Shown piece by piece: positions 28,893 through 37,175 of a DNA stretch of 64,000 nt. Every line of letters starts with the position of its first letter. Position 1 is the stretch's first letter. Source of the stretch: Chloroflexota bacterium (GTDB taxonomy: Bacteria; Chloroflexota; UBA11872; VXOZ01); contig OZ244798.1 in the NCBI GenBank assembly GCA_965220015.1, positions 1,954,063 to 2,018,062 on the forward strand, given 5' to 3'. The translations under genes were made by a program, and so were the position numbers. The notes under the pieces are model-generated. The model saw only the letters and a list, made by a program, of their open reading frames with translations. It ran no database searches and had not been told where the DNA came from.

Positions 28893-30005
28893 CTAGGTGG
28901 GTACATGCGCGTACTCGCGTGCGTCGGAGACGAAGAGCTTCTGGTAGGATTCTATGTCGTTGAGGCACTCTCCGGTCCCAAGTGCAACACAGGTCAGAGC
29001 GTTTTCCGCTACCACCACCGGAACGAGCGTCTCTTCAGAAATCCGTCTGTCAATTCCTCCGAGAAATGCTCCGCCACCGGTAAGCACGATGCCGCGGTCG
29101 ACAACGTCACTCAGCAATTCCGGCGGAGTTTCCTCGACCGATACCTTCACCGCTTCGACAATGTCATGAACGGGCCCCTCAATGGCTTCGCGCATCTCTG
29201 CCTGGGTAACCTGCACAGTCTTAGGCAGCCCGGAGAGCATATCCCGGCCCCGCATTTCGAATGTCTTATCCTGTTCGTCCGGGAATGCGTATGCGTAGCC
29301 TATCGCTATCTTTGATTCTTCTGCGGTACGTTCGCCTATGAGGAGGTCGTATGCCTGGCGGGCATAGTCCATAATAGTCTGGTCAATCTCGTCACCTGCG
29401 ATGCGAACCGAACGCCTGACTACGATGCCGCCCAAGGAAATCACTGCAACTTCGGTAGTTCCGCCCCCAATATCCACGATCATGTTGCCGGCAGGTTCAT
29501 CGACAGGCAGCCCCGCGCCAATAGCGGCGGCCATGGGTTCTTCGATCAAGTAGGCTTCACGCGCACCCGCATTGATCGCAGCATCTTGCACTGCGCGCTT
29601 CTCGACCTCCGTTACGCCGCTGGGAATTCCGACAATGACACGCGGCCGAGGCACGAGTTGAATGGTTGTGTGGACGCGATTGATTACATAGCGCAGCATG
29701 GTCTCAACCGTCTCAAAGTCTGCGATGACCCCGTCCTTGAGTGGACGCACTGCGACAATGTTGGCCGGTGTGCGGCCAACCATTCGCTTAGCTTCCACGC
29801 CGACGGCGAGGACTCGCTTTGTCCGGAGATCCATGGCAACGACTGAAGGTTCGGAGACTACCACACCCTTGTCGCGCGCATACACAAGTAAGTTTGCCGT
29901 GCCTAAGTCAATCCCAAGGTCTTGGGAAAAGAGCCCGAGGAACGAACTGAACGGACCGAGGATACTAGAACGCCAGGAAGAAGCCGCCATCTGTGAAACC
30001 CACAT
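28893..30005 (-). CDS. mreB: Actin homolog MreB.
   Basis: LGIDLGTANLLVY N-terminal phosphate-1 motif, DIGGGTTEVAV, actin-fold motifs throughout. True start probably a few codons inside the ORF. Confidence 0.9.
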   Translation of the reverse strand: MWVSQMAASSWRSSILGPFSSFLGLFSQDLGIDLGTANLLVYARDKGVVVSEPSVVAMDLRTKRVLAVGVEAKRMVGRTPANIVAVRPLKDGVIADFETVETMLRYVINRVHTTIQLVPRPRVIVGIPSGVTEVEKRAVQDAAINAGAREAYLIEEPMAAAIGAGLPVDEPAGNMIVDIGGGTTEVAVISLGGIVVRRSVRIAGDEIDQTIMDYARQAYDLLIGERTAEESKIAIGYAYAFPDEQDKTFEMRGRDMLSGLPKTVQVTQAEMREAIEGPVHDIVEAVKVSVEETPPELLSDVVDRGIVLTGGGAFLGGIDRRISEETLVPVVVAENALTCVALGTGECLNDIESYQKLFVSDAREYAHVPT

Positions 30006-30295
30006 CCATGAATGACATTACGGGTCAATACAAGAACCAAGAAGAGTAGGTCGGGCCAGGTACCCCTACCGAATAGGGTTACCGGTCATGCTATGTCCAA
30101 TACATTCTAACATAAGTATCGCTTGTCATCTCGTCTAGCCGTGCGGGCACTCCTCAAAGTGGACACGCGCTTTGGGGAAGCCCCATTTTCAATGCTCTGA
30201 ACCAGCACTATCTACTCTTTGGGAGCGTAACTCTCTGTGATACACTGTTCCTCGCATCGTGACAGCCAAGCGCTTCAACTTACCTCAATGCTAAC

Positions 30296-30694
30296 GTGAA
30301 AGGACATCTCTCCATGCGCGTCGATCGTCTCTATAGTCCCAAAGGCCCGCGACCCGCGGGAACATATTCACAAGCGGTACGTGCGGGCAATCTGCTCTTC
30401 ATTGCCGGCCAGGGCCCACTCGATCCTCAAACCGGCGAAATCTCTGGGGAGACTCTCACGGAACAGTGTCAACTAACTTTGCAAAACATCAAGAACATTG
30501 TGGAGGGTCACGGCGGCGATATACGGAACGTAGTGAAAGTCAACGTTTACCTCGCTGACATGAACGACTTTTCGGAAATGGATGCGGTCTACAAGACGTT
30601 TTTCGGCGAGTATCCTCCTGCGCGCACAACCGTAGGGGTGCAAATGAACGACATTCTCATCGAGGTGGAAGCTACGGCCGTCCTCGACGACTAA
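30296..30694 (+). CDS. ridA: RidA/YjgF-family reactive-intermediate deaminase.
   Basis: AP...YSQAV...GQ...G pattern and C-terminal R..V.V region of the YjgF/chorismate-mutase-like fold. Confidence 0.8.
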   Translation: MKGHLSMRVDRLYSPKGPRPAGTYSQAVRAGNLLFIAGQGPLDPQTGEISGETLTEQCQLTLQNIKNIVEGHGGDIRNVVKVNVYLADMNDFSEMDAVYKTFFGEYPPARTTVGVQMNDILIEVEATAVLDD

Positions 30695-30724
30695 CTCACA
30701 GTGACGGCGCTGCCCAACCTTGGA

Positions 30725-31591
30725 CTAGCCAAGCTTGGCCATCGTCTCGCGGTAGCGCTTCTCCATCTCTGGACCCTGGTGCTTCAAGTACTCTCGCTCA
30801 AGTTCGCGGGCAGCAGTAGTCGATGCTGCAACCGGGACGTCTACAGTCCCTAAGGTTATTTTGTCGTAGCCGCGTTCATACGCGATCATTTCACCCTTAT
30901 TCACAATCAGGTTCTGACCGACATTCGCCTGAACAATCGGGATGCCGTTTTCGCGGGCGCGCGCTAACACCGCCTGGTTCTGTGCCTTGCTCTTATTGCC
31001 GTACGTCGGAATATAGAGGACTTGCGCCCCGTCAAGCACGATAGAGCGGGCGATGAGGGGATTCCACCGGTCATTGCATATGAGCACGCCGGCGCGGCCA
31101 AAGGGCGTATCGAATGCCCGGAGCTTCGTGCCGATACGATTGAAGTGCCATGACGGATGTGTGCCTTCGGCAAACTGGCTCTTCTGGTATGTGCCGCAGA
31201 TCTCACCGGCGGAGTCGATGAATATGACGGTGTTATAGACATCGTTGCCCACGCGCTCGGCAAACCCAAAGCATAGACATATGTCAAGTGACGCCGCGAG
31301 TTGGCGAAAATGCGTAACAAACGGGCCTGCAAGGGGTTCGGCAATCTCCAGCATCTCGTCGGCAGCTCGTCTCCCCTCTATGACGTCGTAAACGACGTAG
31401 CCCTCCAGCGCACCCTCGATAGTTACGACGACGTCAGGCCCATGCGCAGCCGCTTTTCGTATGAGCCGCTCCATTTTCGCGGCGTTGTGCGGCTTGTCCC
31501 ACTTCTTGGGCAGCATGGAGATTGCCGCAGCCTTAATCGAGGTAAACATCTCTTGCCGGCTTTCCTCTTCCCTTTGACTGGTCTCAGTCAA
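30725..31591 (-). CDS. Carbon-nitrogen hydrolase family protein (nitrilase/amidase superfamily).
   Basis: E-K-C triad context: catalytic Cys in VLICNDRWNP, typical CN-hydrolase length. Confidence 0.75.
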   Translation of the reverse strand: MTETSQREEESRQEMFTSIKAAAISMLPKKWDKPHNAAKMERLIRKAAAHGPDVVVTIEGALEGYVVYDVIEGRRAADEMLEIAEPLAGPFVTHFRQLAASLDICLCFGFAERVGNDVYNTVIFIDSAGEICGTYQKSQFAEGTHPSWHFNRIGTKLRAFDTPFGRAGVLICNDRWNPLIARSIVLDGAQVLYIPTYGNKSKAQNQAVLARARENGIPIVQANVGQNLIVNKGEMIAYERGYDKITLGTVDVPVAASTTAARELEREYLKHQGPEMEKRYRETMAKLG

Positions 31592-31847
31592 TTTGCCAGA
31601 ACGTGAGTCCTATAAGGGTTTTCGTTGCCCAAGTGCCGCACTGTGGAAATGACAAGCAACGCATCACTTGGCTATACGTTGCCGCCAACGATCCAAGCGA
31701 GCCATGGTCGTCTCCACTCGCCAAGCCCTGCATTTCGGCGTTCTCGCACCAATGCGCAGCCACGTGTTGCGGTAAGCTTCTTTGGTTCTTGCCCAAGCGC
31801 ACCAGTGATCGTCCAACTACTCACGCAAGCTTGGCCGTTGCCGCTGC

Positions 31848-33302
31848 CTACATGTCAATGGCCGACTTCACTCTCGCAAGGGTGCGGGTGCGGCCAAGCA
31901 CTACCATTGTCTCGAATAACGGTGGCGTTGCGGTCTTGCCCGTAATGGCTACGCGGATAGGCATGAAGAGCTGACCCGCCTTCCAGCCAAGTTCGGTCGC
32001 TATACCACGCAGACACGCCTCAATTGAGTTGTGGTCCCAAGCAACCAGGGCGTCCAGCCTCGCGGACACTAGCTCCAAGGCGCTCCGGGAAGCCTCCGGG
32101 GTCTGTTTCTTCGCGACGAGATGCTTCGGATCCGGCGTCACTTCCTCTTCGAAGAAGAAGTCGAGCGCCGAGGGCGCTTCCGTGAGGTTCTTGAGACGCT
32201 CCTGCTCCAGGGAAACGGCGCCGCGAAGGTAGCGCAAGTCGACGTGGCCCGGATCGATTATTCCTGCATCTGCCAGGAAGGGAATACTGCGGTCCGTTAG
32301 ATCTTCCACCGACAAGCTGCGAATGTATACGCCATTGAGCCACACGAGCTTCTGTAGCTCAAAAACTGCATTTGCTCTGTTGACACGGTCCAAGCTAAAC
32401 GCATCGACCAATTCATCGAGACTGAAAATCTCCTGCGTATCGCCGGGATTCCAACCGAGCAAGGCGAGGAAGTTTACGACCGCCTCCGGTAAATACCCTT
32501 GCGCGGCATAGTCACCCACATACACCGCACCGGAGCGCTTGCCAAGCTTGGTGCGATCGGGATTTGTAAGCAGCGGCAGGTGCGCAAAGGCCGGCAGGTC
32601 GAATCCCAGGGCCTGGGCCATGGGAAGCTGTCGATGCGTATTGTAGAGATGATCGGCGCCGCGGATTACGTGCGTTATCTGCATCAAGCTATCGTCAACG
32701 ACCGAGGCAAAATTGTAGGTCGGCATGCCGTCGGCGCGCACGATAACGAGATCGTCGAGCTCCGCAGCCTCCACTTTCAAATCGCCTCGGACAAGGTCAA
32801 CAAAGTTGACGGAACCCTCACGTGGAGACAGGAATCGGATCACGAACGGGTCGCCGGAGCGTTCGCGTGCCGATCGCTCTGCAGCCGCAAGGTGGAGACA
32901 CGTCTGTGGGTAGCGAAACGGACGGCGCTCCCGTTGGGCCCGTTTACGCAAGACGTCAAGCTCTGCCGGTGTACACCAACACCGGTAGGCATGACCGTCC
33001 GCCAGCAGTTTCTCCATATGGGACCGGTAGGTGTCGAGCCTCTCGCTCTGGCGGTAAGGCCCAAAGTCGCCGCCAGCGGCATAACCCTCGTCCCAGTCCA
33101 AGCCCAGCCAGCGGAATCCACGAATGACACCAGCGATGTCTTCGTCGGAAGAGCGTTTCGCGTCCGTATCGTCGATCCGCAGAATGAACACGCCGTTGGT
33201 TTGGCGGGCAAAGAGGTAATTGTAGAGTGCCGTGCGGGCATTGCCCACGTGGAGATTGCCGGTGGGGCTGGGCGCAATGCGCACACGGACAGGGCTTGCC
33301 AT
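31848..33302 (-). CDS. gltX: Glutamate--tRNA ligase.
   Basis: Class I HIGH motif (PSPTGNLHVGNAR) and KMSKS-like KLGKRSG. Confidence 0.9.
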   Translation of the reverse strand: MASPVRVRIAPSPTGNLHVGNARTALYNYLFARQTNGVFILRIDDTDAKRSSDEDIAGVIRGFRWLGLDWDEGYAAGGDFGPYRQSERLDTYRSHMEKLLADGHAYRCWCTPAELDVLRKRAQRERRPFRYPQTCLHLAAAERSARERSGDPFVIRFLSPREGSVNFVDLVRGDLKVEAAELDDLVIVRADGMPTYNFASVVDDSLMQITHVIRGADHLYNTHRQLPMAQALGFDLPAFAHLPLLTNPDRTKLGKRSGAVYVGDYAAQGYLPEAVVNFLALLGWNPGDTQEIFSLDELVDAFSLDRVNRANAVFELQKLVWLNGVYIRSLSVEDLTDRSIPFLADAGIIDPGHVDLRYLRGAVSLEQERLKNLTEAPSALDFFFEEEVTPDPKHLVAKKQTPEASRSALELVSARLDALVAWDHNSIEACLRGIATELGWKAGQLFMPIRVAITGKTATPPLFETMVVLGRTRTLARVKSAIDM

Positions 33303-33545
33303 GACTGTTACTCCAATCCTCTGCCCCTGCTAGTAGAGTCTGCACGCAAACCTATTAGTCAAAGACAGTCTTTGTTCGATAGTTCTGCCGGTCTCTTAGC
33401 CGTGAGATTGCTTGCAGGCGCGTTCGAGGCTCAATACTATGCCAGGCGTTCACTGGCGGCGGCGCACATACCTATTTGGCAAGTCACCCTAGCGCAAAGT
33501 CCGTGCAGCGGGAATTCCGGCGGCGAGAATATTTGAAGCGAGATA

Positions 33546-33636
33546 GTGGCGGAGAGGGTGGGATTCGAACCCACGAGGCGCTGGTGGCGCCTACTCGCTC
33601 TCCAGGCGAGCGCCTTCGTCCACTTGGCTACCTCTC
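33546..33636 (-). tRNA. tRNA-Ser (anticodon GGA), with encoded CCA.
   Basis: Hand-folded. Acceptor GGAGAGG/CCTCTCC, anticodon stem CTCGC/GCGAG with loop CTGGAGA, long variable arm, T-arm GTTCGAATC, discriminator G, 3' CCA. Confidence 0.85.
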
Positions 33637-33947
33637 CACAACGGCTACGCGAGAAACGAGTAGTGCGAACCCGTATCTAACGGAATCAACGAAATGAAAT
33701 CACCCTAAAGGAATCGCTACACCCGGCCTCTACATCTCCAAATTCACTGCATCTCTATTGAATTCTAGCAGCGCAATACCGGCAGCGTCAAAGACCGTCT
33801 TGACCACGCAAGAGTCAAGAATGCCCGGCTTGCACCGGCATTGCGGTCGCTGATTCTCGTGAGTTGACAGACTGCTCTTGGCAAACCTACCATGACAGGT
33901 ACAGTGACGCTGCAAATACGCAACCCTTCACGTATGTAAGCTATTGC

Positions 33948-35684
33948 ATGGCTGAGACTGCGGAGTCCTCCCCCACCCTCGTGGCAGATATTGGCACCCT
34001 CAGTACGCGTGTCTCATTATTGGAGCGCGTAGAGGGCGAGTATCGTTTAGCTGGCGCGGCGCGGGTGCCGAGCACGGTTGATCCTCCAATCTCCGATCCA
34101 ATGCTCGGTCTTTCACGCGCTCTTACGGAACTGGAGCGGACTACCGGTTGGTCCGCGAGCCAGGAGGCTGTAAGAAAAGTAGCGGTTACCAGCGTCGGTC
34201 TCACCGTTGTAACTAGCGTTCTAAGTTTGGGCAGCAGCCCAACCCTCGATGCCGTGCTTGAATCGATGCAAGCATTGCCAATCACGCCAATAGACATTTT
34301 CGATCTCAACAACCGTCCGCCGGACGCATTTCAGTTCGTTTACCAAAGGCTCATCGAATCGCCGCTGGATGCGCTTATCGTCCTTGGCAACGATTCAAGA
34401 AAAGACTGGGAAGTAGATATTGCGCGGATCGGCGAAATCATTCGCAGCGTCCTGCACACGCATCGCAATGCGTGGGACCTGACCGTAGTCTTTGTTGGCT
34501 CCGGCACGCACGCACAGTTCTTGCGCACATTCCTTGGGGAGCGCGCCACGCTTCATCACATGATCTTGGAGCCAGACCAATCTCCCAGTGAAACGCTTGA
34601 GTCCCTCGAAAAGTTCATACATTCGCTGGCAAAGGAAAGACGCCGGCAACGCCTGCCGAACTACAGCGGCCTAAGCGAATGGGCCGGCGCCGATCCGGTC
34701 GACTATCAGGAGGTGCTTAGCCACGTCACCCAGCAACTCGCGCGCCGCTATAGCATCCATGTGCTTTCCTTAGACTTCGGCGCAAGCCATGCAGCGGCAG
34801 TTTCAAGTTTGCCGGACGGACACCTGCGCAAAGTCTCTCTAGACGGTTTTGGATCATTGCGCAGTCCGCAAAACATCCTCATGGATACCGGCCGAGAGGC
34901 CATTGAACGTTGGCTGCCCTACGACTTGGATGAGAACCGGATTGATGACTATCTTCTGCACCGTCTCGCCCATCCTGCCGCGCTACCGACCACAGTGGAG
35001 AATCTCGTATTGGAACACGCCTTCGCGCGGGAAGCTCTGCGCAGTGTGGTTGAACTCATAGACGACCAAACTATAGCCGGACAGCGTGCAGCTCCCTGTG
35101 CCACGGCGGATGTCATCATTGGCTGCGGCGCGACCTTGGGGGGCGCTCCGCGGCTCATACAGTCCGTAATCATGATGCTCGATTCCGTGCAACCGACGGG
35201 CTTCACGCAATTTGCCCTGGACCGCGCCGGTGCTCTGCCCGTCCTCATGTTGGACGAAGCGATCGAAGCTGGAAATCCATTTATCGAGCAGGACATTCTC
35301 CTGAGTTTGGGCGTAGGCATATCCCCGATTGGACGAATGGCGGAGAATCGCCCGGCCCTGCGCTTACGAGCGGGCATGCCTTCCCGTTTCGCTGAGGAGC
35401 TCCAAGTGAATTTTGGGGCGATGCAGGTCGTTGATTGGGAAGGCGGTGCGGGGTCTAAGTTAGAAGTGTGGCCGGCAACGCGGCTCGACCTCGGTGTGGG
35501 ACGCGGTCGAGGAGCCGAACCTCGTGCGAGCCTTTTCGGTGGAATTCTGGGTCTGATCTTGGACGCCCGAGGACGCCCCATCGACCTTGACACAAACAGA
35601 GACAAGCGGCAGGCTAAGATTCTTGAGTGGATGCAAACTACCGGCGCCTACCCAACGTTGTCCTTCTCCGGGAGATCGAATTAG
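33948..35684 (+). CDS. Hypothetical protein, possibly an ASKHA (actin/Hsp70/sugar-kinase, GlmL/MutL-like) two-domain ATPase fold.
   Basis: N-terminal VADIGTLSTRVSL resembles a phosphate-1 motif. A second LSLDFGASHAA resembles the duplicated half. Start at ATG 33948; the ORF is open from TTG 33864. Family assignment tentative. Confidence 0.4.
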   Translation: MAETAESSPTLVADIGTLSTRVSLLERVEGEYRLAGAARVPSTVDPPISDPMLGLSRALTELERTTGWSASQEAVRKVAVTSVGLTVVTSVLSLGSSPTLDAVLESMQALPITPIDIFDLNNRPPDAFQFVYQRLIESPLDALIVLGNDSRKDWEVDIARIGEIIRSVLHTHRNAWDLTVVFVGSGTHAQFLRTFLGERATLHHMILEPDQSPSETLESLEKFIHSLAKERRRQRLPNYSGLSEWAGADPVDYQEVLSHVTQQLARRYSIHVLSLDFGASHAAAVSSLPDGHLRKVSLDGFGSLRSPQNILMDTGREAIERWLPYDLDENRIDDYLLHRLAHPAALPTTVENLVLEHAFAREALRSVVELIDDQTIAGQRAAPCATADVIIGCGATLGGAPRLIQSVIMMLDSVQPTGFTQFALDRAGALPVLMLDEAIEAGNPFIEQDILLSLGVGISPIGRMAENRPALRLRAGMPSRFAEELQVNFGAMQVVDWEGGAGSKLEVWPATRLDLGVGRGRGAEPRASLFGGILGLILDARGRPIDLDTNRDKRQAKILEWMQTTGAYPTLSFSGRSN

Positions 35685-35686
35685 CC

Positions 35687-36775
35687 ATGGCGACGATGCT
35701 TGCGCTTCGCGGAACAGCTAATCCCCCAACGCCAACGCCGCAGGTCGGGCGTTACCTTCTGCAATTGCGCCGTGTTCTGCCTGCCGATGGAAAACTTGCA
35801 GTACAGCCTGGGGACAAAGTAGAACCCAGCACAGTTGTCGGCACGTGCACGCTCTCGCCGCAACGAACAGCAATCGACATGGCCAGCATGCTGGGTATTA
35901 CGCCGGAGCGCGTTGAAGACTCGCTGGTTGCGGCCCCCGGCGAACGCTGCGCGGAAGGTGCGCTCATTGCGACCCACCGCCGCCTCTTGGGTCTGCGTAC
36001 TCGCTCGGTACTTGCGCCTTTCACAGGTCACATTAGTGGATTCTCGTCACGTAGCGGTCTCGCTTGGTTCGAGGGAGAGAGTCTGGAAATCGCCTTGCCT
36101 GCCGGCCTGTACGGCAGCGTTATCGACGTTGTGCCGCCGCGAGAGGCCGTTATCGAAGCGGAAGCCGTGGTTGTGCGCGGCATGTACGCGGTTGGCGGCG
36201 AAGCGTCCGGTAACTTGACAACGGTCCTCTCGCAAACGACGGAGACTGATGAGCGCCTCATTCTCGTTTCCCGCGAACCCGCCACCGTTGACGTTATGCG
36301 CCGCGCGACCCAGCTCCAGGCTGCCGGTGTCGTGGCGCCCTCCGCCGCGCGCAAAGACATGGCCGCGCTTGGCATGGATCCGCTGGCGCGCCCGTCTATG
36401 CACACGTGGAAGGGCCCCCCGCTCTTCCTCACAGAAGGATTCGGCGAGCAGACCATGACGGATACGCTCTGGGAGCTGCTCACGGCGCAGCCGGTCGCCT
36501 GGGCAACGGTGGTTGCGCGGCCCGACCTGCATGTGTTTCTGCTGGTCTTGCCGATGCGCTCGCTCGCTCCCAAAGACGCCTGGACGCGCTTTGGGCCGGG
36601 CTCGCGGCTCAAGAGCGCCGGTATGTCCGTGGAACCGGGGGAAGCGCGCTTGGATGCGTTCCTGCCCTTTCCCCTGGCGGTTCCTTCCGGTCTGCGGCTC
36701 CCCGCCGCGGAGACCATTGACGCCGAGGAGCGCCGCGCCCGCGTGCCTATCACCGAGCTCGAGTGGCTGATGTAA
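35687..36775 (+). CDS. Hypothetical protein, translationally coupled to the preceding gene.
   Basis: ATG at 35687 directly after the upstream TAG (35682-35684) with a GGGAG RBS. No recognisable family motif. Confidence 0.4.
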   Translation: MATMLALRGTANPPTPTPQVGRYLLQLRRVLPADGKLAVQPGDKVEPSTVVGTCTLSPQRTAIDMASMLGITPERVEDSLVAAPGERCAEGALIATHRRLLGLRTRSVLAPFTGHISGFSSRSGLAWFEGESLEIALPAGLYGSVIDVVPPREAVIEAEAVVVRGMYAVGGEASGNLTTVLSQTTETDERLILVSREPATVDVMRRATQLQAAGVVAPSAARKDMAALGMDPLARPSMHTWKGPPLFLTEGFGEQTMTDTLWELLTAQPVAWATVVARPDLHVFLLVLPMRSLAPKDAWTRFGPGSRLKSAGMSVEPGEARLDAFLPFPLAVPSGLRLPAAETIDAEERRARVPITELEWLM

Positions 36776-37175
36776 ATCGGGTGCAGTCCGCCAGCTATTG
36801 AGACTGTTCCCGGTTTGAGGGTTGCGTTCTTTCGCAACCTGCCGGCTTCTTGTGGATGTCGGTCTCCAGCTCGACCTTCGTCAAACTGTTGCGACACCCA
36901 TGGTATTTGCTTGGCATTGTTTATAATACGGATGTATTATAGTTCTGCACATACGTATTATTAGGTAGGCGCACGGTTTTCTAGTAGGTATTTGAGGTAT
37001 TCTGCGACGCGAGTAAATCCATGTCGAGTTCTGGGTAACTCTTCTTAGAAGAGGGTCTCATTAACCAGGTGCTGCGCTGTTGCATTCAGCCGCGTATTGC
37101 AGACTTTGATTCAAGGGGAAAGCCGACATTCGTTCTATGTGCAAGTGAAGAGCGTGCGGCGCCGGCTAGGAGACT

